Below are positions 1-9,553 of a stretch of DNA of 64,000 bases, in pieces; within the stretch, counting starts at the first letter, position 1, and each line of letters begins with the position of its first letter. The translations under genes and the position numbers were made by a program. Location: NCBI GenBank assembly GCA_965203905.1, contig CBDBDQ010000005.1, positions 3,744,001 to 3,808,000 of the forward strand, given 5' to 3'. The DNA comes from Spirochaetia bacterium (lineage in GTDB: Bacteria > Spirochaetota > Spirochaetia > SZUA-6 > Bin103). Under the pieces are notes generated by a model. It was not told the origin of the DNA. It saw nothing but the letters and a program-made list of their open reading frames with translations, and did no database searches.

Positions 1-193
1 TGTTGAACTCCTGGATGATGCGGCTGTCCGGCTTCGGGTAAAGCGCTCCGCCCGGCGTTTTCAGACGCAGCCCGACCCAGTTGAGCACGACCGGACCCTC
101 CTCTGCGGCGGCGGTCTCTGCCTCCGATGCGGCGAACACTGCCGGTGTGGCCGCAACCAGGACTGCGATTGCTAGTACGGTGAGTCTTCTCAC
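1..193 (-). CDS. Carbohydrate ABC transporter solute-binding protein, N-terminus only (runs off window)
   Basis: AAGGAG SD then GTG at 193; reads MRRLTVLAIAVLVAATPAVFAASEAETAAAEEGPVVLNW (signal peptide); directly downstream of two sugar permeases. Confidence 0.7.
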   Translation of the reverse strand, partial: MRRLTVLAIAVLVAATPAVFAASEAETAAAEEGPVVLNWVGLRLKTPGGALYPKPDSRIIQEFN

Positions 194-260
194 GTCGTAA
201 CTCCTTGGATGGTGGTATGGAGGCGGTCGCGCCGCCGGTCCCCGTAACACGGGGCTATCG

Positions 261-1157
261 TCACCCTTTCAGTGAGCCGATCATGATACCCTTGACGAAG
301 TAGCGCTGCACGAACGGGTAGGCGAGCAGAATCGGGCCGATCGAGATCAGCACCGTGGCCGCCTTGATCGACTCCGGCACCACCGACTCGGCCCCGGACA
401 CCGAGTCGTCGCTCTCGCCCAGGAAAGCCGAATCGTCCTGCTCGATGATCACCCGCCTCAGCACCAGTTGCAGCACGGTCTTGGTCTCGTCGCGGATGAA
501 GATCAGCGCGTCGAACCAGGAGTTCCAGTGCTGCACCGCCACCCACAGGCCGATGGTGGCCATGATCGGCACCGACAGCGGGATGATGATCTGGAGCAGA
601 ATGCGGAAGAACGAGGCGCCGTCGATCATGGCCGACTCCTCCAGCGAGTCGGGGATGGTCATGATGAAGTTGCGCATGATCAGCAGGTTGTAGGTGCCGA
701 GCAGGATCGGGAAGATCAGCGCCGCGCGGGTGTCCAGCATGCCCAGACTCCGTACCAGCAGGTAGCGCGGAATCAGGCCCCCCGAAAAGAACATCGGGAT
801 CAGGAAGAAGATGGTGAGGTAGTTGCGCAGCGGCAGCTTGCGCTTGGCCAGCGGGTAGGCGGTGCAGAACGAGAAGAACACCGCCAGCACGGTGCCCACC
901 ACGGTGCGGAACACGGTGTTGATGTAGCCGTAGTAGATCAGCCGCGACGAGAACGCCACCCGGTACGCCTCCAGGGTCACCTCCTCGGGCCACAGCTTGA
1001 TGCCCCAGCTCGAGGCCAGCAGCCCCGGCAGCAGCGAGACTACCGCGGTTTCCCAGAACGGGTAGATCATCAGCACCGAGAACACGAACAGGAACACGTA
1101 GTTGCCCAGGTCGAACAGCCGCTCCGAAGTCGGGCGCCCGCGGGCTCCCGCTACCAT
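261..1157 (-). CDS. Carbohydrate ABC transporter permease (MalG-type)
   Basis: EAA loop IPDSLEESAMIDGAS, six hydrophobic segments, C-terminal YPFVQRYFVKGIMIGSLKG. Confidence 0.93.
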   Translation of the reverse strand: MVAGARGRPTSERLFDLGNYVFLFVFSVLMIYPFWETAVVSLLPGLLASSWGIKLWPEEVTLEAYRVAFSSRLIYYGYINTVFRTVVGTVLAVFFSFCTAYPLAKRKLPLRNYLTIFFLIPMFFSGGLIPRYLLVRSLGMLDTRAALIFPILLGTYNLLIMRNFIMTIPDSLEESAMIDGASFFRILLQIIIPLSVPIMATIGLWVAVQHWNSWFDALIFIRDETKTVLQLVLRRVIIEQDDSAFLGESDDSVSGAESVVPESIKAATVLISIGPILLAYPFVQRYFVKGIMIGSLKG

Positions 1158-1166
1158 GCCGCGTTC

Positions 1167-2114
1167 CTACCAGACGCCATATTCGGAGAAGCGGTTCACG
1201 ATGGCGTTGGTGAACAGCAGCATCAGCAGGCCGAGCACGTTCTTGAACAGGCCGATGGCGGTGGAGTAGCTGTAGTCGAACTCCACCAGGCCGATGCGGT
1301 AGACGTAGGTGTCGATGATGTCGCCCACCTCGTAGGTGATCGGGTTGTAGAGGTTGAAGATCTCCTCGAAGCCGGCGTTCATCAGGAACCCGACCCGCAG
1401 GATGAACAGGATCACGATCACCGGCGCCAGCGAGGGCAGGGTGATGGAGATGGCCTGGCGGAAGCGCCCGGCGCCGTCCACGGTAGCCGCCTCGTAGAGC
1501 TCCGTATCGATGGAGGAGATGGCGGCCAGGTAGATGATCGAGCCCCACCCCACGTCCTTCCAGATGTTGGCCGCCACGATCATGGGGCGGAAGAAGCCCG
1601 GCTCGATCATGAAGTTGACCGGCTCCATCCCGACCAGGCTCAGCAGGTAGTTGACCACGCCGCTGGTGGGGGAGAGGAGTTGGCGGATCAGGGCCGCGAT
1701 CACCACCCAGCTTATGAAGTGCGGCAGGTAGGAGATGGTCTGCACCACCTTCTTGAAGTGGCGCGCGCGCACCTCGTTGAGCAGCAGCGCCAGGATGATC
1801 GGCGCCGGGAAGCCGAAGATGATCTTGTAGAACGAGATCAGCAGAGTGTTGCGGAACACGTTGAGGAACTGCGGGCTGCGGAACAGGCGCTCGAAGTTGT
1901 CGAAGCCCACCCACGGGCTGCCCAGGATGCCCTGCAGGATGCGGTACTTCTTGAAGGCGATGATCACCCCGTACATGGGGTAGTACTCGAAGATCAGGAA
2001 CCAGGCGATGGCCGGCAGCAGCATGATGAACATGCCGCGGTAGAGGAGGATGGAACGCCACAGGCTGCGCTTGGCGAGATCTCCGTTACTGGTTGCCGAT
2101 TGGATGCCGCCCAC
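1167..2114 (-). CDS. Carbohydrate ABC transporter permease (LplB/MalF-type)
   Basis: SPWVGFDNF motif, EAA loop ELYEAATVDGAGRF, DIIDTYVYR. Confidence 0.93.
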   Translation of the reverse strand: MGGIQSATSNGDLAKRSLWRSILLYRGMFIMLLPAIAWFLIFEYYPMYGVIIAFKKYRILQGILGSPWVGFDNFERLFRSPQFLNVFRNTLLISFYKIIFGFPAPIILALLLNEVRARHFKKVVQTISYLPHFISWVVIAALIRQLLSPTSGVVNYLLSLVGMEPVNFMIEPGFFRPMIVAANIWKDVGWGSIIYLAAISSIDTELYEAATVDGAGRFRQAISITLPSLAPVIVILFILRVGFLMNAGFEEIFNLYNPITYEVGDIIDTYVYRIGLVEFDYSYSTAIGLFKNVLGLLMLLFTNAIVNRFSEYGVW

Positions 2115-2315
2115 CGAATCGCTGCTCCGGACGCGAGCGTATCACACCGCGGGAACAGAGCGTAAGTCCGCTGCCGCATGCCCATGAGCCGGGCCAGCCC
2201 GACCGGTGCGGACCAGTCAGCTCAGGCGGCGAGGAGTGCCGAGTATCGTCAGGATACGTCCGAGGTGTTGGCGATTGACGGCGTGGAGTGCCATACTGCT
2301 CACAGGAGTCAGCAG

Positions 2316-2549
2316 ATGAGCGATACCGGAATCGAGACGAACCCCGAGGTGATGTTGGGGAAACCGGTTGTCCGGGGCACGCGTGTTACCGTTGAACTCC
2401 TCCTGCGCAAACTGAGCGAGGGTGCGTCGGAGGACGACCTGCTCGACGCCTATCCTCGCATCACGCGGGAGGATCTGCGTGCCGCCGTGGGCTTCGCCGC
2501 CGAGACGCTGGCCAACGACGAGACGGTATTCGTGAGCCATCCCGGATAG
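2316..2549 (+). CDS. DUF433 family antitoxin
   Basis: AGGAG SD, ATG 2316; motif NPEVMLGKPVVRGTRVTVE...LLDAYPRITREDLRAA. Confidence 0.88.
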   Translation: MSDTGIETNPEVMLGKPVVRGTRVTVELLLRKLSEGASEDDLLDAYPRITREDLRAAVGFAAETLANDETVFVSHPG

Positions 2550-2552
2550 CAG

Positions 2553-2701
2553 GTGCGCTTCCTGGCCGACGAGAGCTGCGACTATGCAGTGATCCGGGCG
2601 ACGACGTGGTGGACCTTGCCGCCAAGCACGGAGATCGACTGGCCGGATCCTTCGTCGTCGTTACGCCGGCTCAAATCCGCTTCCGACCGATGCCCGGGTA
2701 G
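2553..2701 (+). pseudogene. DUF5615 (PIN-like) toxin remnant with internal deletion/frameshift
   Basis: Starts MRFLADESCDYAVIRA, then jumps in another frame to the family-like C-terminus ...LAGSFVVVTPAQIRFRPMPG*; canonical position after DUF433. Confidence 0.75.
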
Positions 2702-3087
2702 GCGCACGGTCGTCTGACAGCCGGTGCAGCGAGTGCCTCCCCGCGCCGTATCGCGGCGGCCGGCGCATTCGTCTCACCAGGACTCTTGAGACGGTGGCAC
2801 CGACTCAAGTGGCGGTGGTCAGCCGCTCGTACTCGATTTCGGATGAGCGCTTGACGCCGTGCTGCTCGGCCCACTCCTGCAGCGCCCACGCGTCGACGAT
2901 CGTGCTCGGGTGCTTGTGGCTGCCGACGAGTTGGCGGCGTCTCGCCATCGGGCCGCGCTTCGCCATCCCCATCGCCCGCATCGACCACGACATCCTGTTC
3001 CCCGGCCACCGCGCCATTCTGGTGTCGGGCCGGGACTACATGGGCTCCAACCGCCTGACCACCCCGCCGGCCGAGGGTTAGCGTGGG

Positions 3088-4701
3088 TCAGGCGTGCCGG
3101 CGTTCGTAGCGGCGCTCGATCCACCTCAGGAAGCTGGCGCAGGCGAGGGTGATCACCACGTACAGGACCGCGGCCGTGTTGAAGGGGGCGAAGGGCAGGA
3201 AGCTGGCGGACTGGAACTCGCGCATGCGCTGGGTGACGTCGCGCACCGACAGGATCGACAGCAGCGACGTGTCCTTGATCATGGCGATGAACTCGTTGCC
3301 GAGCGGCGGCACCACGATGCGCAGCGCCTGGGGCAGGATGATCAGCCGCGCCGCCAGCCATCGCGACAGCCCCAGGCTCTTGGCCGCCTCCACCTGTCCC
3401 TTGGGGACGGCTTCGATTCCCGCGCGGAAGATCTCGGCCATGTAGGCGGAGTAGCCGACCGCGATCGCGATCACCCCGCGCGTGAAGTTCGCCAGGTCGA
3501 TGCCGCCGCCGGTAGCGTCCTTGATGGCACCGGAAAGCGGCAGACCGATGTAGAGCACGATGACCAGCATCGGGATCCCCCGAATCGTGTCGACGAAGAA
3601 CTCGGCTCCCACCGCCAGCGGATGCAGCCGGTGCAGGGCGCCGCCGCAGGTCAGTATGAGCAGCAGAACGCCGAGCACGGAGAAGGCCAGCGCCGCGGCC
3701 CGCACGCTCTCGGGCAGGAACCGGGTTGCCCAGACTACCGGGAGCCGGCCGTCATGCGCGCTCACCGGCACGAACGCGCCGGACACGCTGTCGACCGTTG
3801 CGATCTGTTCCAGCGCCGTGGCTACGTCCGGGACGCTGCGAATGCGCACCGCAGCGCCGTCCCCGCCCGGGTACTCGCCGAAGCGGATGGTGTCGACGAC
3901 CGCCTGCGGGGTGCCCTTGACGATTGCGATCCTGGCCTCGGTGGAGCCGACCACGGCGTACTCCACCCGTGGCTGCGCCCAGAAGAAGCCCGCCGTGGCG
4001 AGCAGCAGGAGGCTGACCGCGGCGTAGACCGGGGTGGTCGACCGGGAGTTGCGCAGGCTCTGCAGTCCGGTCCACGTCAGGCCGAGAATCGCGGCCAGCA
4101 CATACGCGAACACCGCGGCCCGGAGTGTCACCGCGATGCCGGTCGCGAAGCCCCAGTGGCAGATGAACACCAGGTAGAACAGGGCCACGCCCGACAGCGC
4201 CTCGAACCCCCGGATGCAGTACTTGCGCAGCGGCCCCGCCGCACGGGCCGCCGCCAGCGTGAAGGCCAGAAACAGCGACCCGTAGACCGCGAGACCGATC
4301 CGGAACCGCTCCGAGACCAGGGGGAGAATCTCCGCCTTCAGGGTCCAGGGACGCGCGGTGCGGTCGACCAGCTCGGAGGCCGCCGGGTCGAGCGAATGGA
4401 ACAGCACCGACTGCACGAACGGGTCCGCGAGCGGCGGTGACGCCAGGATCAGCACGATGACGAGCGCATGCACCGGCAGCGCGCCGCGCGCGGCCGGCAC
4501 CAGCCAGCGTGGCGCGGCGCCACCCATGGTCCAGCGGCGCGCGGCCAGGAAGCCGGTCGCGAACAGCGCCAGCAGGAGCAGGAAGCCGAGCAGCAGTGCG
4601 GGCGCCCCCGGCTCGATGCCGATGATCGCCTTCAGCGAGCGCAGGTACTTGCTGGAGGACGCGAACAGGAACACCAGGAACGGGGTCGCCGCCAGCAGCA
4701 C
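3088..4701 (-). CDS. Polar amino acid ABC transporter permease, extended, with inserted soluble domain
   Basis: IRGIPMLV, SAYMAEIFRAGIEAVPKGQVEAAKSLG and ILPQALRIVVPPLGNEFIAMIKDTSL motifs; start uncertain. Confidence 0.88.
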   Translation of the reverse strand: MLLAATPFLVFLFASSSKYLRSLKAIIGIEPGAPALLLGFLLLLALFATGFLAARRWTMGGAAPRWLVPAARGALPVHALVIVLILASPPLADPFVQSVLFHSLDPAASELVDRTARPWTLKAEILPLVSERFRIGLAVYGSLFLAFTLAAARAAGPLRKYCIRGFEALSGVALFYLVFICHWGFATGIAVTLRAAVFAYVLAAILGLTWTGLQSLRNSRSTTPVYAAVSLLLLATAGFFWAQPRVEYAVVGSTEARIAIVKGTPQAVVDTIRFGEYPGGDGAAVRIRSVPDVATALEQIATVDSVSGAFVPVSAHDGRLPVVWATRFLPESVRAAALAFSVLGVLLLILTCGGALHRLHPLAVGAEFFVDTIRGIPMLVIVLYIGLPLSGAIKDATGGGIDLANFTRGVIAIAVGYSAYMAEIFRAGIEAVPKGQVEAAKSLGLSRWLAARLIILPQALRIVVPPLGNEFIAMIKDTSLLSILSVRDVTQRMREFQSASFLPFAPFNTAAVLYVVITLACASFLRWIERRYERRHA

Positions 4702-4788
4702 CAGGTTGCTCGGGCGGACTCGTTTCAGGCTAATGATGTGCGGCCCCCGCGCGCCGGCCCGTGGCCGGCAAGCCCAGATCGGATTCTG

Positions 4789-5538
4789 TCAGTCAGTAGT
4801 CCAGTACTGCCCGATCAACTGGTCGAGGGTGCCGTCTTCCTTGATCGCCGCGAGACCCTCGTTGAATGCGTCGACCAGGGGATCGCCTTCCTGGAACACG
4901 ATGCCGAGTGGATCGGCCTGCAATCCGGTGACCCCGATGGTCAGCTCGCCCGCGAATTCCTGCTCGTAGGCAGCCCCCGAGGTGCCGTCGATCACCACCC
5001 CGTCCACGTCGGCGTTCTGCAACGCCAGGATCGCCCCGGCGAACGCGTCATACAGGCTCACGTTGTCGCGCCCGACCAGCTCTTCCGCCAACTGCGCGTT
5101 GGTGGTGGCGGTCTGCGCCGCCAGCTTCCTTCCGCCCATCTTGAAGTCGTCCGCCGTCAGCTCGGCATCCTCCACCCGAACCAGGATCGCCTGGCTCACG
5201 ACCAGGTAGGGCTCCGAGAAATCCATCGTCTCGTCGCGTTCGGCGGTGATCGACACGCCCGACACCACGAGGTCGAATTCACCCTGCTGCAGGGCGGCGA
5301 AGATCCCGTCCCAGGCCGTGTTCACGAACTGCGGCACGCAATTGATGCGGTCGCACACCGCATTCAACATGTCGACGTCGAAACCGACAATCTCGCCGGT
5401 CGCCTCGTCGACGGTCTCCATCGGCGGGTAGGTGGCGTCCGTTCCCACCTTGAGCACCTTGCCTTCCAGATCGGCGGCGTGGGCTCCTGCCGCAAGGACC
5501 ACGAACAAGCCCGCGAGGGCAATGGATTGTTTGAGCAT
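4789..5538 (-). CDS. Polar amino acid ABC transporter substrate-binding protein (family 3)
   Basis: GGAGG SD, signal peptide, GTDATYPPME, GFDVD, SITAERDETMDFSEPY. Confidence 0.93.
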   Translation of the reverse strand: MLKQSIALAGLFVVLAAGAHAADLEGKVLKVGTDATYPPMETVDEATGEIVGFDVDMLNAVCDRINCVPQFVNTAWDGIFAALQQGEFDLVVSGVSITAERDETMDFSEPYLVVSQAILVRVEDAELTADDFKMGGRKLAAQTATTNAQLAEELVGRDNVSLYDAFAGAILALQNADVDGVVIDGTSGAAYEQEFAGELTIGVTGLQADPLGIVFQEGDPLVDAFNEGLAAIKEDGTLDQLIGQYWTTD

Positions 5539-5734
5539 GGCTGAACCTCCTGACACCGGGTCGCTCCTCGATAACCCCCGTATACTGGACGCTCGCGCCG
5601 CGCAAGGGCAAGCAGGCGGGAGGCAGGACTATCCCACGCTACGCGAGAAGCGGACTACCGGTCGTTGCTCCCGCTGCCCTTGGACCGACGCCCAGTCGCC
5701 GGACCGCCCCAACTCGCACCCCGGCGAGCGCCGA

Positions 5735-7336
5735 TCACGTGGCCCCGTCTGGCGACGGCCCGTCCTCCCGATGCCGGAAGCGGTGGTGAGCAGAACAACG
5801 AAGCCTGAGATTACCCGGCTCAGCGCTGCCGCCGAGCGCAAAGGGAACGATGTGGTCGAGCTCCAGCAGAAAGCGAGACCCGCAGCGCCGCCCGCTGTGC
5901 GGATCGACGTAACTGCAACAGCCGCCGTCGCGGCGCCACACCCCGCGCCGGACTGGTGCCGGAGTGTAGCGGGATCGACGCGCCCGGTGGGACGGCTGCG
6001 CGCTGCCTGCGGACGGGCCGGCTGCCGCCGCCTGCCGCCGCGAACGGCCATCGAGTTGCGCTCCTGCCCGCTTTGCCGCCCCTGCCCGCTTCGCCGTCCC
6101 TACCCGCTTCGCTGGCGAAGGAGCGTGGCGACCGCGATCCGCCGCTTCCCGCGGGGTCGGCAAGCTCCAGTCTGCCGGCGGCATCGGTACGGCGCGGGAC
6201 CCGCAACCAGCCACCAACTTCGCCGCCGGAGGCGCGGTGCCGGGCGCCGCCACCGCTGGCTTGGCACTCACCGGGGTGCCGCTGCCGCAAGTCTCGCGCC
6301 CCGCCGGCGGCGCGGACAGCGCTGCCACCGCCGAGGTGCCGGCGCCGCCAATCCCGCGCGCGGGTTCCGCTGCGGACAGCGCTGCCGGCGCCGTGGTGCT
6401 GCCACCGGCGCTCGTGCCCTCCGGCGGCGTCGCCACTCCGGGTTGCTCTTGCGCGCCCGACTTCGCTGGCGAAGTCGCCCCGCCCGCCGGCCCTTGCAGC
6501 GCCTTCGGCTCCGGGGCCTGGCCCGTCCTTGCCTCCCGGCGCCCACCTCTGCGCCCGCGCGGCGGCCGCCCCGGGTCGTAGCGCTGCAGGCCGTCCTGCA
6601 CCAGCCGCTCCACGAGTTGCCCCAGCGTCAGGTGCGGGTCCACGTGCGACAGCAGTGCCCGTAGCTGCTCGATCCCGCGCTGACAGGCAGAGTCGATCAC
6701 CACCTTCAGCTCCCAGCGGCCCTCGCCCAGCGCCCGCATGCGATCGGCCGGCCGCGCCAGCTCGGGAGCCACCGCGGCCAACAACTGCTTCACCTCGCGG
6801 GTGCTCTTGCCGCTCGCCTGCGCCACCAGCTCCTGCCGCTGCGCCGCGTCCAGCGCCGGCACCGGTCGCGCCGCCGCCGCTGCCCCGGCCCCCAAAGCCC
6901 CCGCCTCCGGCGCCGGCCCCGTGGCGCCCGGCAGCAGCTCCGGTGCCGCGGGTGCCGCGCCGGGGTCCGCGGCGGCGGTGGCCGTGCGCTGCAGGAGATC
7001 GAAGGTGTTCTGCAACTGCGCCGCCGCGCTCAGGGAGAGCGAGCCGTCCTGCAGCCGCTCGCGGGTCCCGGCGGTATCGGAGCACAGGCGCATGGCTTTG
7101 ATACGGCGCCAGGCGGCACCCTCGCTATAGCCCAGCTCGCGCACGGCGTAGTCGAACAGGCTGGAGAACCCGAGGCGCAGGTGGAGGTGGCGGGCGTGGA
7201 TCTCGCGCAGGTGGTCGAGGACGGCGAGCTGCAGTGCCTGCTCGTGCAGGACGAGGGACCTGGTGTGCGCCAGCAGCACCTGGTCGGGGAGCCCGGAGAG
7301 CGAGGAGGAGAAGCCGGGAGCGATCGCGGAAGCCAT
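5735..7336 (-). CDS. DUF222-like N-terminal domain + HNH endonuclease (copy 1)
   Basis: N-term LHLRLGFSSLFDYAVRELGYSEGAAWRRIKAMRL; C-term VWRRDGGCCSY..CGSRFLLELDHIVPFALGG...NLRLRCSAHH; Ala/Pro-rich linker. Confidence 0.88.
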   Translation of the reverse strand: MASAIAPGFSSSLSGLPDQVLLAHTRSLVLHEQALQLAVLDHLREIHARHLHLRLGFSSLFDYAVRELGYSEGAAWRRIKAMRLCSDTAGTRERLQDGSLSLSAAAQLQNTFDLLQRTATAAADPGAAPAAPELLPGATGPAPEAGALGAGAAAAARPVPALDAAQRQELVAQASGKSTREVKQLLAAVAPELARPADRMRALGEGRWELKVVIDSACQRGIEQLRALLSHVDPHLTLGQLVERLVQDGLQRYDPGRPPRGRRGGRREARTGQAPEPKALQGPAGGATSPAKSGAQEQPGVATPPEGTSAGGSTTAPAALSAAEPARGIGGAGTSAVAALSAPPAGRETCGSGTPVSAKPAVAAPGTAPPAAKLVAGCGSRAVPMPPADWSLPTPREAADRGRHAPSPAKRVGTAKRAGAAKRAGAQLDGRSRRQAAAAGPSAGSAQPSHRARRSRYTPAPVRRGVWRRDGGCCSYVDPHSGRRCGSRFLLELDHIVPFALGGSAEPGNLRLRCSAHHRFRHREDGPSPDGAT

Positions 7337-7545
7337 GGCGTAAATATGAGCATGGCTGAGAAATGTCCGATGAGGGCAAGTCCCGGGACCGCCACCAGGG
7401 AGGGCTCAGGCCGGCGCTGGCGAGGTGCTGACGGGCCTGGAGGGCGTGGCGGGATGTTCGAAGGGTCGTAGGGGCCGGCACGTGCGGCAGGTGGCCGTCA
7501 CGAGCGGCGCCAAACCCGTCAAGTGCCCAGCGCACTTTTTTGGCA
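7337..7545 (-). other. Conserved non-coding upstream region of HNH copy 1 (promoter/leader, element end or ncRNA)
   Basis: Colinear blocks shared with 47562-47770: GGCTGAGAAATG, GGCTCAGG, GGCCGTCAYGAGCG, CAAG and a T-run; TTGACG (-35-like) on minus strand. Confidence 0.55.
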
Positions 7546-7835
7546 CCTATTCGCAGAACCTGCACCGCGGCGCGATGTGGCAGCAGCGCAGCGGCGGAGA
7601 ATGGCGTTGCGGGTGGGCGGCAACCCACTCTTTCCTGGACTCTTCGTACAGCGAACGAACGCCTGAATGCCGCGAACTAGCAGGCACCGGCGCCAGCCAT
7701 CACCGCCGCTCGGCACTACGCTCCAGAACATTCTTGCCCACACGGGATGCGGACGGTGTTCAGCATGGGATGATCCTGGGACCAGCGCGGCGCGGCTCTG
7801 CAGCACCGGCACGTGCCGTGTGATAACCTGCGAAC

Positions 7836-8396
7836 ATGATTCAACAGCAACACCTCGACCTCCTGCTGGAGCTGAACGCCGACAAGAATCCTCACTCCGG
7901 CGGAGCCCTGCTGGAGCACCTGCGGGGCACCCATGATCTCCTGCACGCCTGGGGTAACGATCAGGCCGTCTGTGTCGGCGGGCTGTTTCACAGCATCTAC
8001 GGGACGCAGGCATACCACACACGGTCCGCTTCGCTGGAGGACCGGCAACGCATTCGCGTGGTGATCGGCGCGCGCGCCGAACGATTGGCCTTCCTGTTCT
8101 GCGTGTCGAACCGAGGGGAGTTCTACGGAGCGCTCGACCAGGACGACGCGGCGCTCTGGAACAGCGTCCATGAGGAGACCGTGCCGGTCACCCAGGACGA
8201 GCTGCGCGACCTCATCGAGATGGAAATGGCCAACTTCGTGGAATTCATGCCGAGGTTGGCATTCACGAACGAGGAGCTGGTCGCATTCGACGCCAACGTC
8301 GAACGTACCAGTGCCCTCATCACCGAGCGCGCGTATGCTGCCGCCAAGGCCGCCATCAAGGCGAAGCGCGGCAGCAATTCGTGCTCCGATCTCTGA
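7836..8396 (+). CDS. DUF6817 (HD-like) domain protein
   Basis: HSGGALLEHLRGTHDLLHAWG...GLFHSIYGT...IGARAERLAFLFC. Confidence 0.75.
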   Translation: MIQQQHLDLLLELNADKNPHSGGALLEHLRGTHDLLHAWGNDQAVCVGGLFHSIYGTQAYHTRSASLEDRQRIRVVIGARAERLAFLFCVSNRGEFYGALDQDDAALWNSVHEETVPVTQDELRDLIEMEMANFVEFMPRLAFTNEELVAFDANVERTSALITERAYAAAKAAIKAKRGSNSCSDL

Positions 8397-8513
8397 CCGA
8401 GCGATAGACCTCGACTCGTCTCGCAGTACACCATCGGCGGGTAGGCGTCCCCTAACCTAACGCCCCGCCAAGCCGCGGCGTGGCGTAACGTGGCGCATCA
8501 TCGAGAGGGGATG

Positions 8514-8858
8514 CTACGTTCCGACGCTGAGCCTTCCCTGGTGCTGAAAGCGGGGTTCTCGAATGACGATTTCCACGTCCCGACCCAGTGCGGTCAACAG
8601 GCACAGGAGGCGCTCCACCGAATACTCGCGAAAGCTTCCCCTCAGAAGACGCGAGACGTCAGGTTGAGACAATCCCAGGACCTTCGCGGCCTGGACCTGT
8701 TTGAGACCGCGTTGGCGAATTATCTTGTCGATGCGAGTGACAAGCTCTGCCTTCAGCAGGTGAGCGTCGGCGTCAGGGCGCCCCAGGTCCGCGAACACGT
8801 TCCCGCTGCCACGCTCGATCCTGATTTCATCCGCCTCCACTGATCTCCTCCTCGCCAT
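8514..8858 (-). CDS. XRE-family HTH antitoxin (HigA-like)
   Basis: GSGNVFADLG, QVQAAKVLGLSQPDVSRLLRG, LGRDVEIVI; true start may be GTG at 8840. Confidence 0.88.
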   Translation of the reverse strand: MARRRSVEADEIRIERGSGNVFADLGRPDADAHLLKAELVTRIDKIIRQRGLKQVQAAKVLGLSQPDVSRLLRGSFREYSVERLLCLLTALGRDVEIVIREPRFQHQGRLSVGT

Positions 8859-8910
8859 AGGTCTTCGCGTAGTGTCGTTCGGCAGCCTTCAGCATCTGTC
8901 TGATCAGACG
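8827..8910 (-). pseudogene. C-terminal remnant of RelE/Gp49-like toxin
   Basis: Reads RLIRQMLKAAERHYAKTYGEEEISGGG* and overlaps the antitoxin start, the expected position and ending of the cognate toxin. Confidence 0.5.
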
Positions 8911-8919
8911 GCCCGGTCC

Positions 8920-9236
8920 TCACTCGGCCCCTGCTGAGGGCAGGTCCATGCGGTCGTGGAGCACACGGAGCACGTCTATGAGCAGCGGGTCCGTGTTCGA
9001 GGAGATGCGGTACAGCAGAATGTGCCTGCCACGTCGACCACGGCGCGCCACGTGAAGTATCCGGATCCGGGGACATCGGGGCCTTCGGTCAGCTCTTCGA
9101 TGGCGCTTTGCAGGGTTTCAGCGTACCGCCGTGCCTGTTGCATTCCAAAATGCTCGGCCGTCCAGCGCAGGATGTTCCGGTAGTCGGCTTCAGCGGAAGC
9201 CGCGAGGCGAACCCGCCAGCGGCGACCATCGTTCAC
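8920..9236 (-). pseudogene. parE: ParE toxin, frameshifted by small internal deletion
   Basis: N-term WRVRLAASAEADYRNILRWTAEHFG; C-term ILHVARRGRRGRHILLYR...VLRVLHDRMDL continues in another frame after PDVPGS. Confidence 0.8.
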
Positions 9237-9535
9237 CCGCCGCCGCTGGCAGAGTCACGATCTGCTACCGCCTCTGCAGCCAAACCTCTGAGGTGATCGC
9301 GTAGCGGTTCAAGTGCCTCGAAACTTCGAAAGTCCCCTGCGTCGATGTCGGCGATGCCGGCGGCAGCGGCCTCGCGCAGCGCACGGAGACGCGCCTCGTG
9401 CTCGGCTTCCTGGCGCTCGACGAGCCTGATGCCCTCGCGCAAGACCTCGCTGGCATTCTGGTAACGGCCTGAGACAACCAGTCGCTCGACGAGTCGGGCT
9501 TGATGAACGGTCAGGACAACATTGCGCGTCGGCAT
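9233..9535 (-). CDS. parD: ParD (CC2985-type) antitoxin
   Basis: MPTRNVVLT...LVVSGRYQNASEVLREGIRL. Confidence 0.9.
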   Translation of the reverse strand: MPTRNVVLTVHQARLVERLVVSGRYQNASEVLREGIRLVERQEAEHEARLRALREAAAAGIADIDAGDFRSFEALEPLRDHLRGLAAEAVADRDSASGGG

Positions 9536-9553
9536 GATCTACTGTGGTCCCTA

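Noticed and set aside
190-2165. Long alternative-frame ORFs (623 aa, 565 aa) and many similar Arg/Pro/Gly-rich ORFs throughout
   Set aside because: Shadow ORFs of high-GC coding DNA overlapping well-supported genes.
2794-3081. 95-aa ORF with IARIDHDIL..GS (EEP-like C-terminus) and the opposite-strand 70-aa ORF
   Set aside because: Only a short motif resemblance, with no SD or coherent N-terminus; at most a relic.
5735-7336. IscB/Cas9-like assignment for the HNH proteins
   Set aside because: No PLMP or split RuvC motifs are visible; the architecture is DUF222-like + C-terminal HNH.
8458-8488. GC hairpin between convergent DUF6817 and antitoxin genes
   Set aside because: Imperfect stem without a U-tract; cannot be called a terminator or REP with confidence.
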